Assembly (NCBI GenBank): GCA_964016885.1
Contig: OZ024743.1
Coordinates: 45,570,001-45,634,000 of the forward strand
DNA from: Eledone cirrhosa
Taxonomy: Eukaryota
Length of the DNA stretch: 64,000 nucleotides
Direction: 5' to 3'
This document shows positions 37,503 through 51,370 of this stretch, piece after piece. A program made the position numbers and the translations under genes. Position 1 is the stretch's first letter. Each line of letters begins with the position of its first letter. The notes beneath the pieces were generated by a model that was not told the DNA's origin, ran no database searches, and saw only the letters and a list, made by a program, of their open reading frames with translations.

Positions 37503-40500
37503 CCCCGTGACCAAGAAATACCGGGATGGCGGCCGGCAGGGAATAGCCGTGTCTCTAGGGGAGAACGACCCCTCTAGTCTTGGTTGACACTCGTTCTAGA
37601 AGTGGTAACACGAAATGATTACCCCTTGGCGGATAAGGATAAAACGCGACAAAATAAAGTAAATGTCTAATGATAAAATCTCATACCGGATCGGCCGTCA
37701 CCCGGGTAAAAAAGGGCCGCGTCCCTCAGAGAGGAACCAGACTGGGGTCGAAAAATCAGCTAATGGTTCAAACCTTCCAATCACTTCGGAGCTGGAGACC
37801 TCCCATAACCGGAATACTCCTACTGTTGGCCCTCCATGCTGACCACCAAGAAATTCAAAGAAAAAGAGAGAAAAATGGTCAAGGGAAGATAATAAAGAAT
37901 TCCTTGAGGCTTTCTACACTGCCATGTACTACCCATCAAATACATCGAATACAGAACAGACATATATCAACTGGAAAAAGAAACATCCCGAAAACAGAGG
38001 CTATATTGACAGTAACAAACTAGCCAATATACGAAGAAATATTGTAAGAAAAAAGTTACTAACTGATATAGAAATTGATCAGATCAAGCTATTAGCACAA
38101 AGTCAGCGAAGGGAAAATGAAACATGTGTCAGTGAAAACGAGGTAAACTGTAACACTTCGAATCCCAGGGTTGGGGCGGAATCACTGGCAACAGAACAAA
38201 TTAAAGAAAGGATCGAAAAAGTGGAGGGAGTGCATGCTCAGGATGAAACTCCAAATGAAAATAATGAGATCGTAAATGATAAAGAAATGAATGAGAATGA
38301 ACTTGCCAACTTGAAGGATGAAATTATGATCGAATGGATGAAAATGAAAGAATCTGACATGGGGCAACGAGACACCCTCCCTAAGATCCAGAACTCCAAA
38401 CAGAACCAAAAGATAATACACAAGACTAACATAATTCTCAAAAACATTATCATCACAAACAAACTAAACATTACTGATTTAAATCATCTCTATTATGCAT
38501 CGGCTAATGTCACCACTCACTTATGTGGAGTGAAGCTGAAAAAACAAAGGAATTCCCACAAGAAATCTACTTGGCAAGAGAACATCAATCGCCAAATAAA
38601 CCTTCTCCGATCTGACATAGAAATTTTAACAAACTATAAAGTAGGTGAACATGTTAAACAAACTAAACTTAGAAAATTGAAAAAAAAAGTACAGTATAAA
38701 ATCAACATGTGACATAGACATGCTGATAGAAATAATCAAGCAAAAAGTGTCGGCCAAAGCTGCTCGTATAAGGCGCTTTGAAAAACGATCTAGATTCTAT
38801 ATGGACAATAATATGTTCAAAAACAACCAAAGAAACTTCTACAGAAAAATTGGTAAGTCAACAATAACTGCTAAATCAATACCACCCAAGGATGAAGTGC
38901 AAGAATTCTGGGAAAAGATCTGGGCCGAAGAAAAAGTTCATAACATACATGCCCCATGGATAGACAGACAAATGAAAGATACAGCTCACCTTCAGGAACA
39001 AACATGGGAAAATATAACAGTTGAACAGTTGCGTTTGGCTCTAAGAAAAACCAGTAAATGGAAATCCCCAGGAAAAGACAAAATACAAAACTTTTGGATA
39101 AATGCCTTCACAGAGTCTCATGAGCTGTTAGCCCAACTTTACAATGAAATAGTTAAGGAGCCAGAAAAGATACCTTCATGGCTAGTTAACGGCATTACAT
39201 TCCTGCTTCCGAAGAATGATGAGACAAACAATCCCAAAAATTACAGACCGATAACTTGCTTGACCACAATGTATAAAATTTTAACATCAGTCCTAACTGA
39301 ATACACATATGACCACCTGATAACAAATGACCTATTTCCCATTGAGAAGAAAGGGTGTAAACGAGGCTCATATGGCTGTAAGGATTAGCTTCTGGTTAAC
39401 AAAATGATACTGGAAGATTGTCATAATAGACACAAAAATCTATCGATTGCTTGGATAGATTATAAAAAAGCATTTGATAGTTTGCCACACAGTTGGATTG
39501 AAAAATGTTTAGAGATTTTCAAAATATCCCCCGTTGTCAGGAGGTTTTTGTCATTCAGTATGAAGACATGGAAAACGACACTCCTTTTGAATAGTGAAAC
39601 AAAATCACTGGAAGCTGGAGAAGTTAATATTAATTGTGGGATTTTTCAGGGTGACTCTTTATCACCGCTTTTATTCTGCATCGCACTTATACCATTAAGT
39701 AAAATGCTCAATGAAACAAAACATGGATATTAAGTCTATGACAAAACCATTAATCACCTGTTCTACATGGATGACCTGAAACTATTTGCAAAAAATGATG
39801 AACAATTGCAAGGGCTATTATCCACTGTGAAGCAGTTCAGTGATGACATTAAAATGGAGTTTGGACTAGATAAATGCGCCAAAGAAACGTTCACCAGAGG
39901 AAAGCTGCTGAAGAGTTCAGACATTAATATTGATCGGGGGAACGTGATAAGAGAACTTGATCAAGAAAAAACTTACAAATATCTAGGTGTTTGTGAAGGA
40001 GACGGAATCAAGCACTCGACAATGAGGGAAAGGATAAGGAAGGAATGTTACCGCAGAGTAAGAGCAATCTTAAGAACGGAATTGAATGCAAGGAATAGGA
40101 TCGATGCCATAAACACGCTTGCCATACCAGTAGTAACCTACAGTTACAATGTCATCAACTGGTCAAGCACAGAATGCATCACCCTAAAGCAGATATAGAT
40201 AGAATATATCTCCCTAGGAAAGAAGGAGGACGTGGGTTAATCCAGTTAGACATTGCGTTGAAAACTGCAACAATTGGATTATCTACATATCTAAAGGAAT
40301 CACATGATTGGATGATCAAACTCGTTTTGAAACACGAAAGCATCAAAAGATCATATTCCATTACAAAAGATGCACAAAGATACAGTAATGGACTACAAAT
40401 TTCAGAAGTCCCATTTACTGCTGAAATGGAAAACACAGAAAAAGCAAAGCAGGTAAAAGTAACTGCAAAGAAAGAACTGCTACAGAAACTGGCTAAGAAA

Positions 40501-41408
40501 TGGCAAGAAAAGCCTCTGTATGGAAAATACCCAGAGCGAGCTAACAATCCTGATGTTGACAAAACTTTAACCCATCAGTGGTTGGCATCCTCTGGACTGA
40601 AATCGGAGACTGAAGGACTGATTATATCGGCACAAGATCAGTGTCTGCCAACAAAAAATTACCAAGCCAACATAATAAAAAATGGGTGCAGCCCATTATG
40701 CCGTGTATGCAAAAAACAACCAGAGACCATTGACCATATAATTTCAATGTGCAGTCCTATAGCTCCAACCGAATACCTAAACAGGCATGACAGAGCTGCA
40801 CAATACATACATTGGATAATGTGTAAGCATTTTGACCTGCCCCATCAAAAGAATTGGTGGGAGCATCAACCACCTCCCATACTTGAAAAAGATCACATCT
40901 CAATCTTGTGGAACTTTAGCATCCAAACAGACCGAAAAATAGATGCAAACAGACCTGATATAATATTGAAGGACTTTAAAAAGAGGGTATGCCTGCTAAT
41001 TGATATGTCTGTTCCAATAGACAAGAATATATCTATAAAAAAATTTGAAAAATTGAGCAAGTATAAGGACCTGGAGATAGAAATTGGAAAAATGTGGAAA
41101 TTGAGAACTAAAACAATACCAGTGGTTGTAGGCGCTCTGGGAATGATACCTAAGGGATCTAATGATTACATATCGCAAATCCCAGGAAACCCGCGTATAG
41201 TAGAAATACAAAAGATAGTACTAATGGGAACTGCCCATATACTAAGGAAGATTCTGTCAATATAAGTACATCACAAGTCTAAACACTAAAGAGTCATGTG
41301 TGAATATGTATGTTCTTTCTTGAACATGGCGGACCTTGTTGTCTCTTGAGGTCACTGGTTGTGACTTGGTGGTAACTCGTATGAACATAAAGCAAGATAA
41401 ATGCAACC

Positions 41409-41410
<2 letters not shown>
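37503..41410 (+). mobile_element. R4/Dong-clade RLE non-LTR retrotransposon, full length, inactivated
   Basis: One broken ORF from ATG 37663: KSPGKD, NYRPITCL, WIDYKKAFDS, GIFQGDSLSPLLF, YMDD, CRVC..ETIDHIISMC, RHD, RPDII..LIDMSVP..KY (RLE); 3' end joins (TAA)n. Confidence 0.95.

Positions 41411-41463
<53 letters not shown>
41410..41463. repeat. (TAA)n tract shared by the Dong 3' end and the Tx1 3' end
   Basis: Direct inspection. Confidence 0.95.
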
Positions 41464-41465
<2 letters not shown>

Positions 41466-41856
41466 TTTTCTTTATTAACCACAAGGGTTTACATAAAGTA
41501 GACATTAAGGACAGTACAGGACAATACAGGACGGTGCAAATGGGCATTTCTGCGTGTAAAAAAAACAGAGATTGAAATAAAATAACAAAGAAAAATTCCC
41601 CAATAGGGGGGAGACTTCCGAGGGACATTTGTGGAGAAAGCCCATTAAAAGACCACAGTGGCCCTGACCACCAGGGCAAGTGCCCTCTCCCAGTTTTCCA
41701 CCTTTAATTTACAGACACATACTCAGAGAATGCCCATTCATTCGGGCCATACTTGCTTCTCTCACCCATCTTTCAACAAAATGCTGGGAAGAGAGCACTT
41801 CCCTCTCTACCCTGATTTTCCTTTTCAAATGAAATTTGAAAAAGTTAATCAGGGCA

Positions 41857-44800
41857 TCACCGAAGAGGTAAGTGCTCGACATAAACCCACAAGTCAGCAA
41901 TGCTCGGACAGTGGACGAGTGCGTGCAGGACGGTTTCGTCGCCCTGCGCACATCTCGGACATGCCCGGCTGACGGCACCTCCATGCCTGCAGAGTTTATC
42001 CCGAACTGGCAAAGCTCCTCGGTAGCACTGCCAGGCCAGGGATTTCTGGAAGTTGTCCATAGGCCCCGGCCCGAAAGTCCTTCCCAAGAGATTGGCTAGT
42101 TGATTTTCGTCGACGCCTAGAGTTTCTCCAAGTACCTCGTCGCTCTTCTCATCCACTAATCCCCTATAGAACGCCAAGGTGGAGTTTCCACCGATCACAT
42201 TGCCCGATTGGTCGAGGGCTGTGAGCGCCTGAAGACATTCCAGTCTCCAAGCGCTCCCTCTCGGTCTTCGCTTGACCCAGGACTGCAGCTCCGTCAAGGA
42301 GACGAGCTGGGGAAAAACGTGTCTAGCAAACGGCGACCACACCTGATCACCGTCGAGGAAGAGGTGGAGATGTCGTAGCCTCAGCGCGTGTCTGCGCATC
42401 ATCAGCCACGGCATGCCCAGCCCTCCACGTAGCGGGTGTTGACAGCAGATGGACCGCCTGACCATCGGAGCACGTCCCTTCCACAAGAAGCGAAAGAGCA
42501 AACGCTCCAGCGCAGTCAGGACAAGGTACGACGGTCAGGCGGTAGTAGATGGCGGATGCGATGTACGCATTCGCCACCTCCGCTCGACCTTTCAGGGATA
42601 GCTTCCTCTCGGCCCATTTCTGGGTGAGAGAAGCCACCCTGCTCGTCACTTCGTCCCAGTTTTTGTCCGTCTGGAGGTCTGGACCGAACCAGACCCCTAG
42701 CAATTTAACCGGTCCGTCCGTCCAGCGCCCAACGACGCTGTTGGACGGCATGGACCTGCCTCTCCAGGTGCCGAGCTGCAGGCCCACTGACTTTTCCTGG
42801 TTGATCATTGCTCCTGTCACCGCTTCGTATTCTCTTAGTGTAGTGCCGATCGCCTCGATGTGTTTGGCGTTCGACACCACTACGGTGACATCGTCGGCAT
42901 ATGCTGACACGGATCGTCCGCATCCTAGTTCGCGCGGGAACCTCCTCAACGTCTCCAGTTTGTGCAGTAATGGCTCGAGAGTCAATACGTACAATAGGGA
43001 CGAGAGGGGACATCCTTGGTGGACCGAGCGCATGATGTTGAACGGTTCCGAAAGGTGACCGTTCACTCTCACTACAGAGCAGATGTCGCTGTGCATGGCA
43101 GCGATCCAGCCTCTGAAGACGGACCCAAAGCCAGCCGCCCTTAGGACTGCCGCTAGGTAACGATGGTCGACCCTATCGAAGGCTTTCGACTGATCTAAAT
43201 TGATCAAAGACCCACCCGTGCCAGGTTCCCTAGCTACCCTCTCTACGATGTATCGCATGAGGTGGAGGTTGTCGTGGATGGATCTGTCGGGAATGGCGCA
43301 TGTCTGTGCCTCTCCCACCAGACCACCAACGACAAGCGCCAACCTCTTTGCTAGCACCTTGGCCAAAATCTTGAACTCTGTGTTTAGCAGAGTTATGGGC
43401 CTAAAATTATCTATGTTATCCCCCTTGTTCGGATCCTTTCTCAGCAGCGCCACCGCTCCTCGGCTTACAGAGCTGGGAATTCTTCCGTTCTGTTGCCAGT
43501 TGCAGTAGACGTCCGCCAAGAGGCCTCCGAACAAGTTTGGCATTTGTACGTAAAGTTCATAGGGCAGACCATCCAAACCAGGCGATTTACCCCTTGTGCA
43601 ACTAGTCATTGCATCCCGTACTTCAGCGGTTGTTATCGGCTTTTCGCAACACTCCGCCTCAGTGGCCGAAAGCCGCGGCAATCCGTCGAGGTAGACACTA
43701 AAGTCCATCCCTCGATCCGGCCCGCCACTGCCCCCGAACAGTTGAGCGAAGTGTCGCTGAAAAGCTTCACACATTTGCCCGGGATCGAGTAGCATGCGCC
43801 CGTCGTGGTCCACCAAAAACCGGATCGTGGCTTTGTTGCCACGACGCGCCTCCGCCACTCGGGCCCATTGAACGGCTTTCGTCCCCTCGTGTCTGAGAGC
43901 ACGCACCCTAGCTCTGACAACGCAGCCTTCGTGCTTTGCATTGAAGAATTGGTCAAGGGCCAATTTCGCCGCAAGTACGTCGGTCGCGATGCCTTTGCTA
44001 AGCGCCTCATCTAATTTTCTAACTAATTCTCCCTCTGCTCTATTTTTCTCTATTGCTAAAGTCTTACTAAACCTAATGGACTCTATTCTAATTGCTCTTT
44101 TCAGAGCAAACCACCACTTGTTGTTGACGATGGCCCCCGTCAACGCCCGCTTAACTAGTTCGCTAATCCGGTCTCTGTAGGCCTTGCGCGCTGGTAAGGA
44201 CGCGTTTAGCTTCCAGTAGCCGGGTCCTCGTCTATGAAGCCTATCTAAGTCAAGCACACAGATCACGAATTTGTGGTCCGTGTAGCTGACTATCTTGAAT
44301 TGTGGACAGCCTATGCTAGACCTATCTATTTCCCTACAAAATACTGTATCTAGATATGATCTGGATGACCCTATGCGATTTGTCCAAGTCCACATTGGTA
44401 CATTCGGGAAATCCATTCGGTACCTGTCAGACAGTTCAAAACGTCTGAGCAGGTTGGTGAGACTCTTGCACCCTCCTTCCCTATCTACTAATCCCACACA
44501 ATCCCAGCGTGCATCTAAGATCCCGTTCCAGTCGCCCACTAACACTAAAGAGCGGGACGTTCCAAGAAAGGTCTCCAGACGCCGGAAGAAATCAGGCCGC
44601 CCTGCTCCTGTCGGGGCATAGACGGCCACTAACCTGAAAGCTTGCCCGTCTCCGCTGGTCACGTCCAGCACCACCAACTTACCTTCTGGGTCCAGGAAGA
44701 TGGCCCGTATGGCAAGATCCAAACCTCTCCGAAAAACCATAGTAACTCCTCCCCCCGATCCCGGACGGCTGGGAGATGCGTACACATCGTAGCCGCCGAA

Positions 44801-44953
44801 GATCGGTGCGAAAGCCTGTGCTTCGGAGATTCTGGTCTCGCTGATGGCTACTACATCTATGTTTAGTGACCTGAGGTCGTTGAGCAGGTGGCCCTGCTTC
44901 CATGACGACCCCAAGCCACGCGCATTTATGCTGCCTATTCTGAGTGAGGTCAT
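41857..44953 (-). pseudogene. LINE ORF2: APE endonuclease + reverse transcriptase + C-terminal CCHC, frameshift near 42510
   Basis: SINARGL, ISET, VYAP, GDWN, TDH; KSPGLDG, FRPITLLN, DQSKAFDRVDH, QGCPLS, YADD; CPRC...ETVLHALVHC in ORF 41857-42501. Confidence 0.92.
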
Positions 44954-44987
44954 GTTGAAAAGGAGTGGAAAAGATGGGAAAGACCAC

Positions 44988-46693
44988 TTACCTTACTTCT
45001 CGTAGGGGAAGGACGGTTTTTCCATCCTTTTCACTGCTTGTGGCCTCCTCAGGAAGGATGTCCTTATAAATCCTCCTGGAGAGTGCTTGTCGGAAGTCTC
45101 CGATGTCTTTGGGGAATTTTTGTTTTAGTGTCATGTACGTTTTCTGTGTGATGCGAGTGATTTGTATGTGTGGAGGTGGTGTGAATTTTTGGGTTGTTGT
45201 GTAGTCTTTTTCTGTGATGCCGGTGTTGTGTTGGATGTAGTGTAATAATTGCTTGTTGTTCAAACTTAATGCTGTGTAGTGTGTATCGTTTTGGTTGTTT
45301 TGTTTTGTTTGCGTTTGTTGTGGGTTTGTTTCTGTTTCGCATTTTGGTGACTTTTGTGGTGTAGGTGATGGTGGTGTTGGAGTTAATGATGGTGATGGTG
45401 TTGGTGTTTGGGTTGATGGGGTTGGTGATGCTGGTGTGGATGGTGGCATATCTGTCCTAACTTTTTTGTTTCTTAGTTTATTTGTTTCCCTCTGTATTTT
45501 GTTTTTGGAGGGGGAAGGAAGAGAATTTTTTCTTTTTTGGTTTCTTCTTTTTTTTCGGGTATCGTTTCCCACTCCTCGTCGTCACAATCTGTCTCCAGTT
45601 GTGATAGGCCGGGGAGTGAAAAATCCTCCACAGGCGTTAGTTTTGGTTGTGGCGTGGTGGATGGTGTAGGCGCTGGTGCTAGTTCTGAAGCGTTGGGTGG
45701 TGGTGGTGTTGGTTTTGCTGGTGGTGGTGGTGGTGTTGGTCTTGCTACTGTTGCTGGGGTTGTTGCTGTTATAGTTGCTTCTGTTGTTGCTGCTACAGTT
45801 GTTGCTGCCATCTCTGCTACTGGTGGTGTTGATGGTTGTGTCACTGGGGTGGGTAGGAGAGGTGGCCTCAACCTTTTAGCCTGAGGGCAGAAAGCCCTTA
45901 GGTGGGTTCCTTCACCACAAACGACACACCTAGGTCTTCTGCCCTCGACAATTACCGTGAGGTGGCTGCCGTCAGTGAGGTCTATTACCTCTGGGATCTC
46001 CTCAATGCTTTTTTGGTCCGCTTGGATCAGGAGCTCCATCCCAGATCCGGACCAGTTCTCCTGCTTTTCTTTTGCTATTGCTATTATTTTTGTGTTGGCT
46101 TCGATGCCGGCGAGGACGCCCGCTATTAGCCAGGGAATTTCGATGGCCGGTGGAACGTGGGTCACCCTGATCTTTACGAGTCTCTGGCCACAATAGCTTG
46201 GGACGAGTGTGAAGTCGTCACTTCTTAATGGGGCCATGGAGTGTTCTCTAGCCTCCTCTGGTGTTTCAAAGAACACGTCCACGGTTCCACACTTCTGCCC
46301 ACCTCTGATGTGGGTTTTTCTTGCCCACACATGTCCCAAAGCTTTTTGGATTTGGGACTCGGATGCCCGTTCCACTCGGCGCGATTTTACATTTATTGTT
46401 CGATACGACACGGTGCATAGGCGCCGATGCTCCATTTTATTAGGTGGGAGGGTGAGGCTGACCCTGTACCCATCTTTCTTTACCATTTGTTTGGCATTTT
46501 CTAAATCTTCCTGAGTTACCGTAAATGCTTCGAACTGTTTTGCTACTCTGGCGAAACTGAGGGGGGGTTTTATAATGTCATTGTTGTTGTTGTTGCTATC
46601 GTTATTTGTGTTAATATTAATTTTAGTTTCAGTTGTGGTGGTGGTGACGTCAGTCGTCTTTGGTGGGGAAGAGTCCATTTTGCTTGATTTCAT
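44988..46693 (-). pseudogene. LINE ORF1 (gag-like, CX2CX4HX4C knuckle, Pro/Thr-rich tail), probable frameshift in an A-run near 45550
   Basis: CVVCGEGTHLRAFC in ORF 45473-46693; overlapping continuation ORF 44988-45572 ends just before ORF2. Confidence 0.85.
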
Positions 46694-47182
46694 TTCAACA
46701 TCACGAGTTAATTTTTTTTTTTTGTTTCTGTTGTCGCGGTGGTGGTGGGGGTGGTGGTTGTCGCGGTGGTGGTGGTGGTGGAGGTTTTAACACCTGCAGT
46801 CATTGGTGAAGGCGGGAAATGAATGTCTGCTTGAGACAAATTTAAAATATTGCTACTGCTTATATTTTTTGTCGTGTTGGCAAACGTAGTAACATTTACA
46901 ATGGTGGTGTCGGTGTGAGGTGTTAATTTGTGAGGAAGGCTTTCAGCTGCTTGGTGCAGAGGTGAATTAGCCATTTTTTTTCAAAGAAATTTTTTGATAA
47001 TAATAAAGGTTTAAATTTGGGGCACAAGGCCCCAATCTTTTTGGGTGTCCTTTTCGGAAAACAATGTATGTGCGCTTATATATGGTTAACAATAAATTTT
47101 TCCATAAATGGCAATTTTTAACAAACGGAAATAACAAACCTTTGCGGAGCTCACGATGATACGATTTACTACGTAGGTCGCC

Positions 47183-47239
<57 letters not shown>

Positions 47240-47240
<1 letters not shown>

Positions 47241-50200
47241 TGGCGCAGTTCAGTGATGACATTAAAATGGAGTTTGGACTAGATAAATGCGCCAAAGCAA
47301 CGTTCACCAGAGGAAAGCTGCTGAAGAGTTCAGATATTAATCTTGATCGGGTGAACGTTATAAGAGAACTTGATCAAGAAAAAACTTACAAATATCTAGG
47401 TGTATGTGAAGGAGACGGAATCAAGCACTCGACAATGAGGGAAAGGATAAGGAAGGAATGTTACCGCAGAGTAAGAGCAATCTAGTAAATGTCTAATGAT
47501 AAAATCTCATACCGGATCGGCCGTCACCCGGGTAAAAAAGGGCCGCGTCCCTCAGAGAGGAACCAGACTGGGGTCGAAAAGTCAGCTAATGGTTCAAACC
47601 TTCCCATCACTTCGGAGCTGGAGACCTCCCATAACCGGAATACTCCTACTGTTGGCCCTTCATGCTCACCACCAAGAAATCCAAAGAAAAAGAGAGAAAA
47701 ATGGTCAAGGGAAGATAATAAAGAAGTCCTTGAGGCTTTCTACACTGCCATGTACTACCCATCAAATACATCGAATACAGAACAGACATATATCAACTGG
47801 AACAAGAAACATCCCGAAAACAGAGGCTATATTGACAGTAACAAACTAGCCAATATACGAAGAAATATTGTAAAAAAAAAGTTACTAACTGATATAGAAA
47901 TTGATCAGATCAAGCTATTATCACAAAGTCAGCGAAGGGAAAATGAAACATGTGTCAGTGAAAACGAGGTAAATTGTAACACTTCGAATCCCAGGGTTGG
48001 GGCGGAATCACTGGCAACAGAACAAATTAAAGAAAGGATCGAAAAATTGGAGGGAGTGCATGCTCAAGATGAAACTCCAAATGAAAATAATGAGATCGTA
48101 AATGATAAAGAAATGAATGAGAATGAACTTGCCAACTTGAAGGATGAAATTATGATCGAATGGATGAAAATGAAAGAATCTGACATGGGGAAACGAGACA
48201 CCCGCCCTAAGATCCAGAACTCCAAACAGAACCAAAAGATAATACACAAGACTAACATAATTCTCAAAAACATTATCATCACAAACAAACTAAACATTAC
48301 TGATTTAAATCATCTCTATTATGCATCGGCTAATGTCACCACTCACTTATGTGGAGTGAAGCTGAAAAAACAAAGGAATTCCCACAAGAAATCTACTTGG
48401 CAAGAGAACATCAATCGCCAAATAAACCTTCTCCGATCTGACATAGAAATTTTAACAAACTATAAAGTAGGTGAACATGTTAAACAAATTAAACTTAGAA
48501 AATTGAAAAGAATGTATAGTATAAAATCAACAAGTGACATAGACATGCTGATAGAAATAATCAAGCAAAAAGTGTCGGCCAAAGCTGCTCGTATAAGGCG
48601 CTTTGAAAAACGATCTAGTTTCTATAAGGACAATAATATGTTCAAAAACAACCAAAGAAACTTCTACAGAAAAATTGGTAAGTCAACAATAACTGCTAAA
48701 TCAATACCACCCAAGGAGGAAGTGCAAGAATTCTGGGAAAAGATCTGGGCCGAAGAAAAAGTTCATAACATACATGCCCCATGGATAGACAGACAAATGA
48801 AAGATACAGCTCACCTTCAGGAACAAATATGGGAAAACATAACAGTTGAACAGTTGTGCTTGGCTCTAAGAAAAACCAACAAATGGAAATCCCCAGGAAA
48901 AGACAAAATACAAAATTTTTGGATAAATGCCTTCACAGAGTCTCATGAGCTGTTAGCCCAACTTTACAATGAAATAGTTAAGGAGCCAGAAAAGATACCA
49001 TCATGGCTAGTTAACGGCATTACATTCCTGCTTCCGAAGAATGATGAGACAAACAATCCCAAAAATTACAGACCGATTACTTGCTTGACCACAATGTATA
49101 AAATTTTAACATCAGTCCTAACTGAATACACATATGACCACCTGATAACAAATGACCTATTTCCCATTGAGCAGAAAGTGTGTAAACGAGGCTCATATGG
49201 CTGTAAGGATCAGCTTTTGGTTAACAAAATGATACTTGAAGATTGTCATAATAGACACAAAATTCTAACAATTGCTTGGATAGATTATAAAAAAGCATTC
49301 GATAGTTTGCCACACAGTTGGATTGAAAAATGTTTAGAGATTTTCAAAATATCCCCCGTTGTCAGGAGGTTTTTGTCATTCAGTATGAAGACATGGAAAA
49401 CGACACTCCTTTTTAATAGTGAAACAAAATCACTGGAAGCTGGAGAAGTTAATATTAATTGTGGAATTTTTTAGGGTGACTCTTTATTACCGCTTTTATT
49501 CTGCATCGCACTTATACCATTAAGTAAATTGCTCAATGAAACAAAACATGGATATAGAGTCTATGACAAAACCATTAATCACTTGTTCTACATGGATGAC
49601 CTGAAACTATTTGCAAAAAATGATGAACAATTGCAAGGGCTATTATCCACTGTGGAGCAGTTCAGTGATGACATTAAAATGGAGTTTGGACTAGATAAAT
49701 GCGCCAAAGAAACGTTCACCAGAGGAAAGCTGCTGAAGAGTTCAGACATTAATCTTGATCGGGGGAACGTGATAAGAGAACTTGATCAAGAAAAAACTTA
49801 CAAATATCTAGGTGTTTGTGAAGGAGACGGAATCAAGCACTCGACAATGAGGGAAAGGATAGGGAAGGAATGTTACCGCAGAGTAAGAGCAATCTTAAGA
49901 ACGGAATTGAATGCAAGGAATAGGATCGATGCCATAAACACGCTTGCCATACCAGTAGTAACCTACAGTTACAATGTCATCAACTGGTCAAGCACAGAGA
50001 TCTGTAGGCTCGATACAAAAATTCGAAAATTCTTAACCATGCACAGAATGCATCACCCTAAGGCAGATATAGATAGAATATATCTCCCTAGGAAAGAAGG
50101 AGGACGTGGGTTAGTCCAGTTAGACATTGCATTGAAAACTGCAACAATTGGATTATCTACATATCTAAGGGAATCACATTATTGGATGATCAAACTCGTT

Positions 50201-51282
50201 TTGAAACACGAAAGCATCAAAAGATCATATTCCATTACAAAAGATGCACAAAGATACAGTAATGGACTACAAATTTCAGAAGTCCCATTTACTGCTGAAA
50301 TAGAAAACACAGAAAAAGCAAATCAGGTAAAAGTAACTGCAAAGAAAGAACTGCTACAGAAACTGGCTAAGAAATGGCAAGAAAAGCCTCTGTATGGAAA
50401 ATACCCAGAACGAGCTAACAATCCTGATATTGACAAAACTTTAACCCATCGGTGGTTGGCATCCTCTGGATTGAAATCGGAGACTGAAGGACTGATTATA
50501 TCAGCACAAGATCACTGTCTGCCAACAAAAAATTACCAGGCCAACATAATAAAAAATGGATGCAGCCCATTATGCCGTGTATGCAAAAAACAACCAGAGA
50601 CCATTGACCATATAATTTCAATGTGCAGTCCTATAGCTCCAACCGAATACCTAAACAGGCATGACAGAGCTGCACAATACATACATTGGATAATGTGTAA
50701 GCATTTTGACCTGCCCCATCAAAAGAATTGGTGGGAGCATCAACCACTTCCCATACTTGAAAAAGATCACATCTCAATCTTGTGGAACTTTAGCATCCAA
50801 ACAGACCGAAAAATAGATGCAAATAGACCTGATATAATATTGAAGGACTTTAAAAAGAGGGTATGCCTGCTAATTGATATGTCTGTTCCAATAGACAAGA
50901 ATGTATCAATAAAAACATTTGAACAATTGAGCAAGTATAAGGACCTGGAGATAGAAATTGGAAAAATGTGGAAATTGATAACTAAAACAATACCAGTGGT
51001 TGTAGGCGCTCTGGGAATGATACCTAAGGGGTCTAATGATTACTTATAGCAAATCCCAGGAAACCTGCGTATAGGAGAAATACAAAAGATAGTACTAATG
51101 GGAACTGCCCATATACTAAGGAAGATTTTGTCAATATAAGTACATCACAAGTCTAAACACTAAAGATGCATGTGTGAGTATGTATGTTCTTTCTTGAACA
51201 TGGCGGACCTTGTTGTCTCTTGAGGTCACTGGTTGTGACTTGGTGATAACTCGTATGAACATAAAGCAAGATGAATGCAACT

Positions 51283-51284
<2 letters not shown>
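47240..51284 (+). mobile_element. Second copy of the Dong/R4 element; 5' UTR replaced by an internal RT fragment
   Basis: ORFs 47489-49474 and 49529-51049 are near-identical to the 37.5-kb copy; 47240-47483 duplicates about 49652-49895; preceded by (AAT)n at 47183-47239. Confidence 0.95.
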
Positions 51285-51360
<76 letters not shown>

Positions 51361-51370
51361 AGAAGAAGAA

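Larger units (their letters stand above)
41464..46985 (-). mobile_element. Tx1/L1-clade LINE, near full length (ORF1 + ORF2), frameshifted
   Basis: ORF1 zinc knuckle, ORF2 APE-RT-zinc finger, AATAAA at 41471-41476 (minus) before the (ATT)n tail; 5' boundary uncertain. Confidence 0.92.

Noticed and set aside
42436-46790. Multiple plus-strand ORFs over the Tx1 element
   Set aside because: Antisense shadows of GC-rich ORF1/ORF2
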